Assembly (NCBI GenBank): GCA_033442325.1
Contig: JAWQFM010000004.1
Span: 2,080,694-2,144,693 of the forward strand
DNA length: 64,000 nt
DNA from: Salpingoeca rosetta
Taxonomy: Eukaryota; Protista; Choanoflagellata
Direction of reading: 5' to 3'
The notes below the pieces were generated by a model. That model was not told the DNA's origin. It saw nothing but the letters and a program-made list of their open reading frames with translations, and ran no database searches. Shown here piece after piece: positions 36,685 to 51,000 of the stretch. Position 1 is the first letter of the stretch; each line of letters starts with the position of its first letter. A program made the translations under genes and the position numbers.

Positions 36685-37106
36685 CGTGCTTCTTCCCCTT
36701 TTCTCTGTGTTGATTCTGGTCATGCTGACACACACACACACACACACACACGTGTATTCAATCTGGTGTTGTTTGATTTGGTTTTGGGTATTGACAGCAG
36801 CAGCAACAGCAGCAGCAGCAGCATCAACGCAAAGCAGGCAAGCAAACAGGGCACCCATCACATACAACAATGAATGCAATCATTTTGCAGAAAAAGGAAA
36901 CCACTCAGAAAAGAAAGAAAGAAAAAATCAAGGAATACAGCGTGACACACAGACACACAGGGGGGGGGGCAATTGGGATGTGTCTTCAAGACACGCGGGC
37001 GTGTACATGCCAACCACCCACAACCACGGACTGGCACGCCGACTGCTGTTAACTCCATTCACGTGCGTCAAAGTGTCCCCACGCGTCAGTGGGGTGAGCA
37101 GGGACA

Positions 37107-39790
37107 TTACGCGCTGCTGCTGGTGTCCTGCTCCTCTGGCACGGTGTACAGGATGGGATGGCTCTTGTCATCGTCAAGGCTGTCCCCAACCTGTTCTCAC
37201 ACATCGCATTTGTAAGGTGGGGCGGTGGGATGAGCAAGTGTGCGGGTGGGGAGGGGTGAGTTAGTGAGCAAGAGCATATCACAGCTTCACTTGCGCACAC
37301 CACCACCACCACCACCACCACCACCACCACCACCACCACCACCACCAGCAGCAGCAGCGTTCACTGATCATGCACGTGACACACACACACACGTGCAAAT
37401 TCACGTGCAAATACACGTGCAAATACACGTGCAAGCAAGCGAGCACGAGTGAACGGCACCTTGAGGGCCTTGAATTCCTCCTCAGTGAGGAAGCTGCGGC
37501 GGCCGTTGAAGGTGCACCCAAATGGCATCAGCTGAACACGGACCAAAAGGCCAGAGCAGCAAGAAGTAGAGCGTGCATGCATGCACGCGTGTGTTGTGTG
37601 TGCGTGAGCGCATGAAAGCTAATGATGTAAGACACCAAAGGCACGGACAGCCTCGCAAGCGCACATATGGGTTCACCTTGCCAACCCCTCCAATTGCATG
37701 CCTGCAAGCAACAGCTGCTGCGTACCTGGATGGTCATGGCGCGGCGCGGACTGGAGGTCATGTTCGGGCCCGAGGCATACACGACACGGCCTGCATCAAG
37801 CAATTCATTGTGTGTGTGTGTGTGAAACAAACACGAGTACATTATCACACGGAAGAAATACATTATCAGACGGAAGAAACGCCGCAGAGCGAAACAAGTT
37901 CCCTCTTCCCTTCCTTTCATTGTCTTCGCTACACTGTGTGGCTGTCGTTGCTTGCACATCAACAACACATCAACGACACATCAACAGCGCGTCAACAGCA
38001 CGTCAACAGCGCATCAACAGCACGTCAACAGTGCACTGCTGACCATTGTGGAAGATGCAGTCGCCGGCCTTGAGATCCACCGCCATTGCGTCCTTGCCCG
38101 ATTCGAGCAGTTCAGGCACCTCATCAAAGATCTGACACGCGCACGCATGCAAGCGTGAGGGCGTGTGAGGCACAGGTGAAAGCAAAAAGATGCGTGATGT
38201 AACCAGCGTGCACACAAGGGCACACAAGCACGCGTGTGCTGGTGGCATACCTTGCGCATGTACTTTCCGCGGCCAACGTCGCGGTACTTGCCCTCGCGTT
38301 GGGCAACTTCTTCGATGATCTTGTGGCTCCCTGACACAAACGAGCACGAGAAAGGACGAGAAAGGGTGAGGTGGTTGTCAGAAGGCGCAATGTAGACACC
38401 AAAGCACGCGCACGCACACACACACACACACATACATACACACACACGCATACACACACGCACGCACACAAAGGTACAAGCACATACACGCACCCTACCT
38501 GGGAGAAAGTACATGCAACCGCTCTCTGGCGTGATGTCGTCGAGGGCAATCCAGATGGAGAGCGCGTGCGGGGATGTGAAGGACCAGTGGGGCATGTCAA
38601 CCGTCCAGGGCAGCTGATCGGCAAACGCGGGCTCGTACCTGTGCTTGCAAGCAACCAGTAACAAGAATGTTAAGGGAGGCGTGCAAACAAACTGCCAGTG
38701 CGTGCCAAGGGCAATCGCAAAGTAGGTGCGTCTATGCATTCGTGGTTGCACCACGAGCGCTTGCATGCAAGCACGTAGGCACGTCAAGAAGCATCAATGC
38801 CCAACAACGCACATGGCGCGGTCGTGGTACACGCGAACGCCGGAGATGCCCTCAAGCTGGCAGGCCATACGCCCCAGCACTTCTTTGGCATTGGACAGGA
38901 TGGTGGCCAGCGACTCATGCGTCTCCCACAGGTTGACGCGCTGCAGGAAGACCTGTCATGGCGGTGAGGAGGGGTGGATAGCGATGGGGGTGGCGACGAA
39001 AGGGCAAAGAGCACGCACGAGCGTGAGCAAAGCAAGACACGGCGTGTTCGAAGAGGCAGGCAACAAGCCATAGTTTGAGCGATGATGTGCACAAGCACCA
39101 AGATCAAAAGCAATCAAAGAATCAAGAGCGCTTGATATCCCCTCGCTTTGAGCATACATTGTCTGCACGCTCCTCCTCAGCGCCGTGGGTGACAGGGCTG
39201 TTTGCACGCTCAGCAACAGCCTGTGAAGGGTGACGGCAAAGGGTTGTGAGGCGAGAAGGCAGGATACAAAGGCATGTTGTGGCAGGAGACAATAAAGGGG
39301 ATCGATAGTGCAGGTACGGCTGTGAAGCATGCGTGCATGCTGATGCGGCTGTCCTTGTTGTCTCTTTGATGATGACGAACCTCGTCCACGGCCGTGCGCC
39401 ACTTCTCGAGCTGCGATGCGCTCAGGATCTGCGGCACCCGAATGAATCCTGTGTGTATGTATGGGGGATGGTGAGTAACAAACGGTCAGTAAGCTATCCG
39501 TTTGAATCGCAGTACAAGCGGAGGCACACACAGACACACACACACACATACACACACGCACACAAGCACACACACACACACACACACACAAGCACACCTT
39601 TGCGATCGTAGGCGTTGATGTCTTCGTCTGTGAGCTCAATGTCGCCCACAACCTGCTCGCTGACGGGGCAGTGGAAGAGGCGAACGCCAGCAGCAGCAAG
39701 CACGGCTTGTGGTGAGCCACGGCAACGGCCAGCAGCACCCAGCAAGGCAGCGGAGGCCTGCTTCATACGAGCGAATCGCATCATGGACAT
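37107..39790 (-). CDS. Phytanoyl-CoA dioxygenase (PhyH)-family protein, probably mitochondrial, degenerate active site
   Basis: LTDEDINAYDRK/GFIRVPQILS, FLQRVNLW, VRVYHD, LSIWIALDDITPESGCMYFLP/GSHK, VDLKAGDCIFHN/G, GPNMTSSPRRAMTI. Arg/Ala-rich N-terminus. Confidence 0.88.
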
Positions 39791-40229
39791 CTTCGAGTTG
39801 GGGGGTGTTAGCTGGTTCTTCTTGTTTGGTGGTGAGCACAAGCACTGTGGGAGAGCGTGTGTGTGTGCGTTGGAGAGATCACAGAGATCGGAGAGCGAGA
39901 AGAAGACAGGCAGGTAGGTGTGACGTGAGTGAGGCAAAAAAGGAAAAATGAGTGGTGTGTGATCTGGTTGGAAGCCAACACAGCGCAGCACGAACAGCAC
40001 AAGCACGACGAAGCAATCACTGGCTGGCTGGTTTGTTTGTTTGTTTGTTTGGGTTTTGTGCAATCAAATCTCAGTCAGCCTGCAAGCAAGCAAGCGAACG
40101 CGAGCAAGACGGATGCTTTTTATGGTGTTGTAAGCAGTTTTCTCGTCCGCGCGCAAACACGACGAACGTGCGTCCGCACAAGTCCGCACAAACCACCTGC
40201 ACTGCTGCTGCCAAACGACGACGACGACG

Positions 40230-40230
40230 A

Positions 40231-40264
<34 letters not shown>

Positions 40265-41723
40265 CTTTGAGCATGTGTGGTGCTCGAAGGCGACCACGGA
40301 CGAGGCACGGCGCGCGCTTGTGGTGAGTGTCGAGAAGAAGGAGAGATTCGGGTTGGTGCGTGTCGTGTGGTGGTGCTGCTGCTGTTGGTTGCGTTGTGGA
40401 GAACAATGCTTGGCTGTGTCGCTGACGCGGATTGGGGTGCGTGGGTTTGGTTTTGGTTGAACAGAGCGGGATCTTTGCGCAGAAGCCTGTTGACGATGCA
40501 CCAGCCGTGAGCTTACAGCTATGTGACCAGTGCATCGTGGCATACCACAAGGCCCGCGCCTCGTTCTTGGACAGCCTCATCCCGGACGACGTCGCACGCG
40601 AAGTGTAAGTCGCACGAAGAGCAACCAGCCCCTGCACGCTTATGTTCCATGTGGGTGTGTGTGTGTGTGTGTGTTTATGCGTGCGTGTGTGTGTGTGTGT
40701 GTGTGTCTGTGTCTGTGTCTGTGTGTGTATGTGTGTGTCTGTGTCTGTGTCTGTGTCTGTGTCTGTGTCTGTGTCTGTGTCTGTGTCTGTGTCTGTGTAT
40801 CTGTGTCTGTGTGTATGCATGCAAGCCAGTTCCAACGCGTCCACGCGTGTGTTTGGTTTGTGTCTGAGCACAGGGATGGAGATCTATTCCCGCCAGGCTT
40901 CCATGAACAGAAGTTGCTGGCATGGGAACAGCCCTGTGTCATCGATCCGCTGTACAAGGAGTGCGTGCACAGGGTGCCTTTCCAGTCGGCTGTCGCGTGC
41001 CAGCACTTGCTGCTGCATTTCCTGTTCTTGCCGCGTTTCCTGACACTCGAGTGCCCAGCAGCCGTCACAGGCGCTGCAGCCGAACAAGCTGGCACAAGGA
41101 CGTACGAGCAAGTCGTGGGCGGCTTCATCGACCACCTTCCCGAATCTTTCTCCGATCAAAAGCCAATCCCACTGCTGCCAGGACACCTGCGACTGGCCGC
41201 CCATCCTGCCAAGGCTGTTCGCCACCACGTGCTCGTGAAATTCCCGCCATCTGCGACTACAACACCCGACCAGCCGCAGCCGTCCCTCATAGCGCTCATC
41301 CCAGCAGCGTTTCGCCTGCTTGTGGTGCGTCGTAGATGTGGTAGCGCTGCGCTGTGACGAAGAATGGACCAGGCACCAATGACGTTAATGTTTAGCTATC
41401 AAATGCTTGAGCGAGTCAATCCACACTCACACGCACATACACGCACACATACACACACATACACACACGCGTCATGTCATGGTTTACATACGTACGTACG
41501 TAGGACCTGGCCCACAACCCGTCCCTTCCCTGGGATCCTCTCATCACACTCTTGGAATCTGTCGACGTCACACGGCTGCTCACGTATGTGTGTTTGTGTG
41601 TGTGCGTGTGTGTATGTGTGTGTGTGTGTGCGCGCGCGCTTTAGAATGCTTGTGTGTGATGGTTTGGCTGCTGGCGGCTCACTCATTTCATGGCACAACT
41701 CACCCTTCATCATACCTCATTGC

Positions 41724-41756
<33 letters not shown>

Positions 41757-44700
41757 ATCGATACAGCGGTGATGTGCTGGCGGCCTTCTTCCACATCACA
41801 TGTCGCAAAAGGGTACAAGGGCTACATGTTGTCATGTCCGTGTTGTGCAACACTTGTCGACACACACACACACACACACACACGAACAAACATACGAACA
41901 AACAAACGCGCACACACACACACACATACACACACACACACGAACAAACATACGAACAAATATACGTGCACGTACGGCCTCACTTGTCGCGATTACACGT
42001 GTGTTGCTGATCTCGTGCTGTCGACACAGAAAAAGCTTGGTTTCTACCACGTGTTTCGACTCGCCTTCCCGCCGCTGAAACACACAGTGTGGAAATACAG
42101 GTGCGCTGGACAAAGAGAGAAGGGGGTACCGTTGCACCATACATGTGCACCTGCCCCGTAACCCCTTAGAGTCGGTGTAGACACAACGAACAGTCCACAT
42201 GTACACAGCTGCACTCACACACACACATACACACACACACACATGCATTCACGCCCTGCTGATGTTGTTGTATTGTGTCAGCCAATCGCTTGATTTCGTC
42301 ATGTCGAACTGGCACGCGATCAACCTCGGCGCCGTTGTGTGGAACGACGATGACAAAGCGTTTGTGACAGCACTCCTGCAGTCCCTTGCACACGCGCCCG
42401 CCCGCACGGCCATCATGCTACTGAAACAGGTGCGCAGTGCAGCAACTTTTGTGTGTATGTGCGTGCGTGTGTGTGTGCGTGTGTGTGTGTGTGTGTGCGT
42501 GTGTGTGTGTGCCGTGCAGGTTCGTGTATCGTTGCATGCTGCTCATCGTATTGTTCCGCACCGCACCGCTCACAACCGCCACCACCATCGCCACTTTCGG
42601 TGCAGCTTGTTGCGACCATCCGCCCACCAGGATCAACAGACGCCTTCCTCACCCTCATCACAACACACTTGTACGTCCGATATTGACACATGTGCTATAC
42701 CTGCTTCGTTACGTGTACCATTTTCCGTGCAACCAACTCCATGCCACCTTTCGAGCCACGCAGCTCACATCGTTGTCCCGCCATTATCTCCACCATCACT
42801 TGAACCTCACCACCAATACCACCACATCACCACCATCACCATCGTCACCATCACCATCATCATCATCATCACCACCGCCATCACATCACCAGGCCGGAGC
42901 TGACGGCGGTGTACGACTTCACGTCGCCCAAGGACGACGATACTGCCGGTCTCATGGACAGCAGCGATGACGCCTCGGATATCGATGATGATGATGATGA
43001 TGTCGGTGATGATGATGATGGCTTGCGTGTTGGTGCGGAACTCGCAGAACAACCAGCAAAACAACCAGCAGAACAACCAGCAGAACAAGGAGCAGAACAA
43101 GGAACAGAACAAGCAGCACAGCAAGCAGCACAGCAAGCAGCACAGACGACAGCAGCAGCAGCAGTTGAAGGGCAGGGTGAGGTGCAAGGGGTAGCAATAC
43201 ACGTCAACACGCCACCGCCGCCACCGCTGCCAGAAGAAGAACAAGAACAAGAAGTGGAAGGAGGTGGAGAACCCCCAGCAAAGAGGAGCAAAACAGCCGC
43301 ACACACGCATACACGCACACGCGTACGCGAGGATGATGAGGATGAGGAGGATGATGATGATGATGATGCAACGCCATCGCCACCACCGCAATTGCGATCA
43401 ACATCAGCCACACATGCTGCCACTGATAAGGCTGGCGCCGAGGAAGAGCTGGGAATGGAGGTGATGATGGAGGAGGAGGATGAGGACGTGGATGAGGACA
43501 AGAGCGAGGAGGAGAAGGAGAAGAGGTGCGAGAAGGACGTGGAGGGGATGGACGAGAACCAGACGCATGCAGTGCATGAGGGCGAGCCGAAGGGCACACC
43601 CGAACACGAACAGGACGCCGCTGGTGGTACGAAGGATGCTGATGGTGACAAAGGAAGCAGGCGTACAGCTGTTGGCGTTGGGGTTAGCGAAGGTCGTGAA
43701 ACCACAGTTGACCGTGTTGCTGGTGTTGATGGTGTTGCTCGTGTCGATGATGGTGTTGCTGGTGATGGTGTTGCTGGTGTCGATGGTGATGTGTCGTCGT
43801 CGTCATCGTCGGCGGTGCCGTTTGCGTCGTTCACGCGGGAGAAACTGCGGCAGCTCGTGGATGCGCTCCAGATTGAGTTTGCAAAGTACAGGTGAGCAGC
43901 GATTGTGACATGCATGTAGGGGCGGATACACACACATGTGTGCGTGTGCGTGTGTGTGTCTGTGTGTCTGTGTGTCTGTGTCTGTGTGTGTGTGTGTGTG
44001 TTTGAAATGCTCGTCCACTTGCATCAATCTTGGTCGTTCCACATGCATCTGTGTTCACACACACATACAAGCACACTCTCATGCTCAATTACACACACGC
44101 ACACAAACATCACGCAATCACACACACACATGACGCACACACACCTGTGGATTCCTCCTCTTCCCCTCCCATTCCCCAAACACCGCGCACATCAGGGCGG
44201 AGACGCTGCGTCACCAGCGGGCGTTTGTTGACGCACACGGGCGACGACCAACACCCTCGGAGCTGACGGTGGAGCACAGGCGCGCCAACGACTTGCTTCT
44301 CGCCCTCTCCATCCAGTTTGCCAACATCTTCGCGGTGTACGCCAACACGTGTGCGCAGGAGCAGCGTGTGGGGGAGGCGGCTGCGGTTCTGGCGCCGCTG
44401 TCCGTGCCGCTTGACCAGATGTACCCGAAGATTGTTGCAGCAGTGGCAGACCTGCCTTCTGGTGCTGCGAGGGGTGCTGGCGGTACTGGTGCTGGTACAA
44501 CTGGTGCTGCAACAACATCAACAGCAACAACGGCAACCTCATCATCGTCACAATCGTCGTCGTCATCACCATCATCAACAACAAAGTTGGCCGCCCCGTC
44601 GCCAGCAGCGGTGTCGGCGTATCGCAACTTGTGCTGGTACCCATTCATGCCCTCGGCCCTGCTTCAGCACCCTTCCCTCACTTCCCTCCAGGACAAGGTG

Positions 44701-44765
44701 TGCGATTATGTGTGTGTGTGTGTGTGTCTGTCTGTGTGTGTGTGTCTGTTTGTGTGTGTGTGTGT

Positions 44766-44808
<43 letters not shown>

Positions 44809-47800
44809 TGTGTGTGTCTGTGTGTCTGTGTGTGATTGCTGCATGACTTGTGCTTGTGCACGCGTTCACGCGTCACATGCTCGATATTTCGCTCACACGC
44901 CCAATCCACTGACCGACCTGCAATCCCCATCCCCACCCCCTCAACACACCCTCAACTCACCTCATGCCCGTGGTGGTGGATTTGCAGTTGGTGGTCTACG
45001 AGCTTCAGAGCTGCTCGACACAACAGACGTTTTCACGCACGCGCACGCGGCTGCTGCACGCGCTGTCGACGGGCTCTGTGCCTGTTGAGGTTTCCCCGAC
45101 ACCTGAGGAGGAGGCGGCACTGAAGGTTCGACATGACACGACGGCAGTGCCTTGCGTTGTGGACGAATGTGCGGTGGTGCTTATGCAAGGAGTCACAGCG
45201 TTGGTGGCGGCAGTGCGATGGTGGTGGTGAACACGTGCTCTATCCTCCACACACACACACACAACACACACATGCACACACTCACATGCACACGCTCACT
45301 CACACACTCACACACCAACGCAGGAAGCGAACAAGAACACGGTGCTTGATTCAGACATGAAGCGCGAGCCTGCATCCACGGGGCCGGTGTCGCCAGCGAC
45401 ACCGACGTCAGGGACAACACCACCCACAGCACCATCAGCATCAGCCACAACATCAGCTGCTTCGACAACCTCGCGCGCACAGCAGGAGCACGAGCAGGCA
45501 TTCGCGGCAGCGGAAACGAATGTTGCGGAAAGAAAAGAAGGCGAACACGCTGAGGAAGAAGACATGCAAGAGCAACAGCCGCCGCCGCAGCAGCAACAAG
45601 ACGAAGATGAAGAAGGAGAAGTGACAGTAGCGGCTGAAGAAGAACAAGAGGCAGAAGACCAAGAGGCAGAAGACCGAGGGGCAGAAGACCGAGGGGCCGA
45701 TGAACCGGCAGCAGCACCGTCGCCACCACCACATGTCGATGATGCAGACATCATTCTTATCGATGATGACGATGATGAAGATGAAGGCGACGGTGATGAT
45801 GATGATGAGGATGAGGATGGTGGCGGTGTGGAGGATGAAGCTGCATTTGATGCTGGCGATGGCACCGGCGCTGCAGGTCAAGATGAGACAGGCAGAGCGG
45901 ACAAAAGCGATCGCGAAGAGGTCAGCATGGATACTGGCCTGGACGACACGGGCAGCGTTGACATTGACATGGATGACGCTGGTGACGTTGATGACTACGA
46001 GATGGCGCGTTCGCCCGAGCTACCACTCCTCTCCTCCACATCTTCGTCGTTGTCGACAGTGGCGCAGCAGAGCCAGGACAAGCGCACACCCTCACCGCTT
46101 GCAACCGCAACGGCTGCCAGAACTGTCACATCAGCCGCAGTGCGCAGGCCAACGCCCGCATCAGCAACCACAGCAGTCGCATCAGCAGACGACAAGAAGC
46201 ACGGCAGCCCGCTGGCGGGGTCGGAGAAGGCCATCCAGTTGTCCGGAATAGACGCGCACAAAGGCAAAGGCCACACACACACTCTTCCATGGGCTGTTAC
46301 CACAAAACCGACCACAACAGGCACCACCAGCACTAGCAGCAGCAGTAGCGGTAGCAAAACTGCAGATGAACAGGAAGAGCGGCAGACACCTGTGTCTTCT
46401 TCCTCGCTCGTCAGACCAAAGGCAAAGTCGCCATTATCGCTGTCACTGTCATCGTCGCCATCAACAGCGCCGGCGCACGCGCGGCCAAAGCCAACGCAGC
46501 CGTCGCCAACATCATCCCCGCCATCCTCCTCCTCCCCAACAACAACATCATCATCAACAGCAGCAGCATCAACTGGAGCAACAACATCAACAACAGCAGC
46601 ATCAATAGGAGCAACAACAGCGACAACAGCATCAACTTCGGCTGCAGCGGCGCCACGGGCGCGTGCATGGCTTCTCTCGTCTGCACCTGCTCGCCCACGC
46701 CACCATCACCACCAAGTGTCATCACTGTCATCATCATCAGCAGCATCGTCTGCATCAGTAGCATCGGCAAAGCCGGCACAGTCGCCCACGCTGTCCGCAG
46801 AGGCAAGGGCACAGGAGCAGGCTGCGCTCGCACGCGCACTTGAACCCTTTCCCGTCGCCTCTGGGCGCCTTGCTGCAGATGCACCCAGCAAGCTGTGTCC
46901 CATGAATCAAGTGGGCCTCATGGCACAGGTGCACCTCAACAAATTCTTCATGGAGGTGAGCAACACGTGCTTGGGGGGCTACGTGTGTGTGTGTGCGCTT
47001 TGTGCGTGTGTGTGCATGTGTGTGCGTGTACCTGCGCCCACTTTGTGTCTGTGTGTCTGTGTGTGTCTGTGTACGTGTGCATGTGTGCGTGTGTACGTGT
47101 GTGTGTGTGTGTGTGTGTGTGTGTACCTGCGCCCACTTTGTGTGTGTATGTGAGCTCAAGTGTATTTTTCTGTGTTGTCGCCTTCCACTGCCACAATCGT
47201 CGTCATCACCAATCTTCTCGCACCAACTCCAACCCAAATCGACAACACCACACATTCACTCACACCCTCAGCTGTACAAGTGGAAGGGCCGCCTGTCGCT
47301 TGGCCGCCCGCCGTCGCTGCCAACGGCATATCGCACCGTGCTGCAGTACCAGCAGCTGATGCTCAAGATGGTGATGGCCGACTTCAACCAGCAGCTCATG
47401 GAGACGTTCTCATCCAAACCGTCGTCCTCGTCTGGTTCGCTCATCTCCAATGCGCTCATCACGAGCATATCTGCGCCGTCGGAAGCAGGCTTCATTGCAC
47501 TTGAGGTCAAGCCCAACCTGACCAACTACTCGTTTCAGGACCGCGACGTCGTGTGCATCCAGCCTGCAGGCAAGCACACGCCCAAGACGCCGTTCGTCTT
47601 CTCCACATATGTGCGCAAGGAAGGCCGCGTGTACCTTGAGACGTCGAGCGAGGGCGGGGCGTGGCTCAAGCCGAACCAGCGCGTGTCGCTGCGCATGCTC
47701 ATGGGCTGCACAACAGCGATGCGCCAGTACGAGGCGGTGTCTCTGCTGAACAGCAAAGGCAGGGTTACACCTTACATCCTTGGCGTGCGCCCAAGCACTG

Positions 47801-47953
47801 ACGCCGGTGATCGCATGTCGGGGATGCCGTTTCCCGCGCGTGTGTCGCAGAAGCAGAAGGACAAGGTGGCCTCTGTTCTCAAGACGTACAAACAGCTCAA
47901 CAAATCCCAGCGCGATTGCATCCAGTACGCTGCCGTGGCATTGTTTTGCTTGC

Positions 47954-48029
<76 letters not shown>

Positions 48030-51000
48030 GTACCTGCGTGTGTGTGTGCGTGTGGTTGTGTGTGTGTGTGTGCGCGCGCGTATGAACATCTACGTCTGCT
48101 TTGTCAACTACCACCATGTCACCACCATTCTGCTCTTTGCGCGCATCTCCGTCTGTGACGTTCCTCCCCGCCACCGCCATGCTCACCTTGACCATGCCTT
48201 CCACAACCATATCCCCCTCCCCCCTCTTACTCCTCACTCATTCTCCTCCCCTTCCCCCCCCCCCACTGCCTTCCCCCCCCCCCCAACGCTCCGTGTCTTG
48301 CAGAACGGTGCTCACGAACCGGTGTCCCCTGTCGCTGATCCACGGCCCACCAGGCACGGGCAAGACGACAACACTCGTCACGCTCCTCGCTACCTTCTTC
48401 CGTGCTCGCGGCGGCCCCGTTGATGCTGTGCCCATCCACGCTCCATCCACATCGTCATCATCGTCATCGTCATCAGCATCTTCCCTGTCATCGTCGTCGC
48501 TGTTTGGTTCGCGTGGCAGCCGGGCCAGCAGCGGTGGTGTTCGCGGTGTGACGGCTGTGCGGAAAGGCGGGGGCGGCAGCACAGCGGGTACACCGTCCAA
48601 GCCGCTGGTGCTGCTGTGTGCGCCCTCCAACGCCGCCATTGACGAGCTCACGCGCCGGCTGATGGGCAGCAGCGATCTCAAGTCCCACCGCGTGAGCGTG
48701 TTGCGTCTGGGCCAGACTGAGCGCATCAGCACAGACGTGCGCAGCGTGAGCTTGGACGAGAGGGTGGCGCAGGCGCTGCGGCAGAACGAGCGCGAGATGA
48801 AGCAGGTACAGGCCAACATTGACAAGGGGGAGGCAGCCAAGGCGGAGGTACAGCGGAAGCTGCAGAGCAAGCAGAGCGAGGCAGCCCAGTACGACGCGTA
48901 CGCGTCGCAGTTTGCGGACATTGCAGCGCACACGAAGAACATGGAGGGCGAGGCAACACGCCTGCGCGTTCAGCGCGACTCGATTGACCAGCAGCTGCGC
49001 AAGTTCCGTGATGCGCTGCGCCGCTGCCGCAACGACACAGATCGCACGCGCCGCGAACTCAGCGCACGCCTTGTGGATGAAGCCGACATCATATGTTGCA
49101 CGCTGAGCTCGAGTGCGATTGACGCGCTGCGGCAGTGCAAGCGCACGGTGGACCTGCTCATCATTGATGAAGCGGCGCAGTGTGCCGAGCCGGACGTGCT
49201 GATTCCCCTGCAGTATGGCTGTGCGCGCCTTGTGCTTGTGGGCGACCCCATGCAGCTGTCGGCGACGGTGTTTTCACAGTACGCGCGCGACGCCGGGTAC
49301 GAGCGCTCGCTGTTTGAACGCATTCACCCAAGCATGCGCGCGTGGGGCAGTGCGCCCATGCTCAGGGAGCAGTACCGCATGCATCCGGAGATTTGCGAGT
49401 TCCCCAACATCATGTTCTACGAGCAGAAGCTGCTCACCGCCGGCGCTGTGCTTGCACGCAAGCCCGCGCCGTGGCACGACGCGCTTGGAGCGTATCGCTT
49501 CTTCGACGTCTCCTGGGGCGAACAGAAGCGCGGCGGTGGCAACTCGTTCTGCAACGTGGAGGAGGCCATCACGGTTGCACGCATCATCTTCCTCATTGCG
49601 CAGGCTGCACCCGCTGAACCGCTTCGAGGCAAGATTGCCGTCGTCACGCCATACACACACCAGCGGCAGTGCATCAAGGGCGAGCTTGCACGGTGGTTCG
49701 GCCCTGCTGTGGCAGACACGATATCTGTGGACACGGTCGACGCGTACCAAGGGCAGGAGAGCGACGTGGTTGTGTTCTCGTGTGTGCGTACGCGGCAGCT
49801 TGGCTTTCTCACGCAGGAGAAGCGCATGAACGTGGCGCTGACACGCGCACGCCTGAGCTGCTACATTGTCGGCAACGCATACAACCTGCGGCAGTTCAAT
49901 CGGGAGACGCTCATGTGGTCGCGGCTGGTGGCCAACGCGCAGCAGCGCAGCGTGATGGGCCAGTGTGCGCAACCCTACGACGTGCACACAGAGGCTGACG
50001 TGTCGAACCTGCTGTGGAAGACTGGCAAGCCAAAGCCGAGCATGGCAGACTTGAACAGGGCTGCAGTGCAGCCGCGCCAAGTTCCCCACCGCCTACAGCG
50101 CGAGCTTGAGCGAGCACACCATGGCCACGATCGCAAGGACAAGGGCGGGCGACGGAAGCGGACGCGCCGTTCACGCGGCAGTCGCGGTAAGAAGTCTCGT
50201 TCGCAATCGGCCTCACCAGCACCACCACCGACTGCCCCATCGTCGTCAGCATTGCCCAGCACAGTTCCATCGCCAACATCAACGTCCACATTAGCAGCAT
50301 CAACAACATCGACAGCATCAACAGCATCAACAGCATCAACAGCAGGAGCAGCAGGAGTGCCGTCCAAGCCCGTGTCAACACCACCAGCATCTGCGGTGAG
50401 CGCGAGACCTGCGCCTGCGGCCACTTCCACGCGCACCCAGCGCTCAACCACGCCCACTCCCTCCAGGCGCTCATCACGTGATGCCAGCAGCAGCGACGTT
50501 GGGGGCGGCGGCGGTGGCGGCGGTAGCGTGATCACGCCTTCACCATTGGCCACAGCAGCAACAGCTCGCACAGCCGCACACGGCACGACACGCAGCAGTG
50601 GGCAGCAGGCAGGCATGCACAGACCCCGCCAACCAGCGGAGTCGCGTGTGCGAACACAGACGCATTCACGATCGTCGTCCTCATCCCCGCCTGCATCAGC
50701 GTCAACATCAACAAGAGAATCGTCAACATCGAGGTCAGTGGCAGCAGCAGCATCGACATCGACTGCGGCGGCGGCGGCGGTGACGGGAACGCGACGTGCC
50801 TCGCGCTCGCGACTGTCAAGTGAAGGGCGAACGCGGGACAGGCGAGAGGAGCGAGGTGGCGGTGATGTGTTTCATGACTACAGACGAGACCGCGATCGCA
50901 GCACGGAGCGCAGCCGAGACAGAGACAGGGACAGGGAAAGGAGGGCAAGGGACAGAGACAGAGACAGAGACAGGTTGGGAGTGGAGAGAGGGCGTGAACG

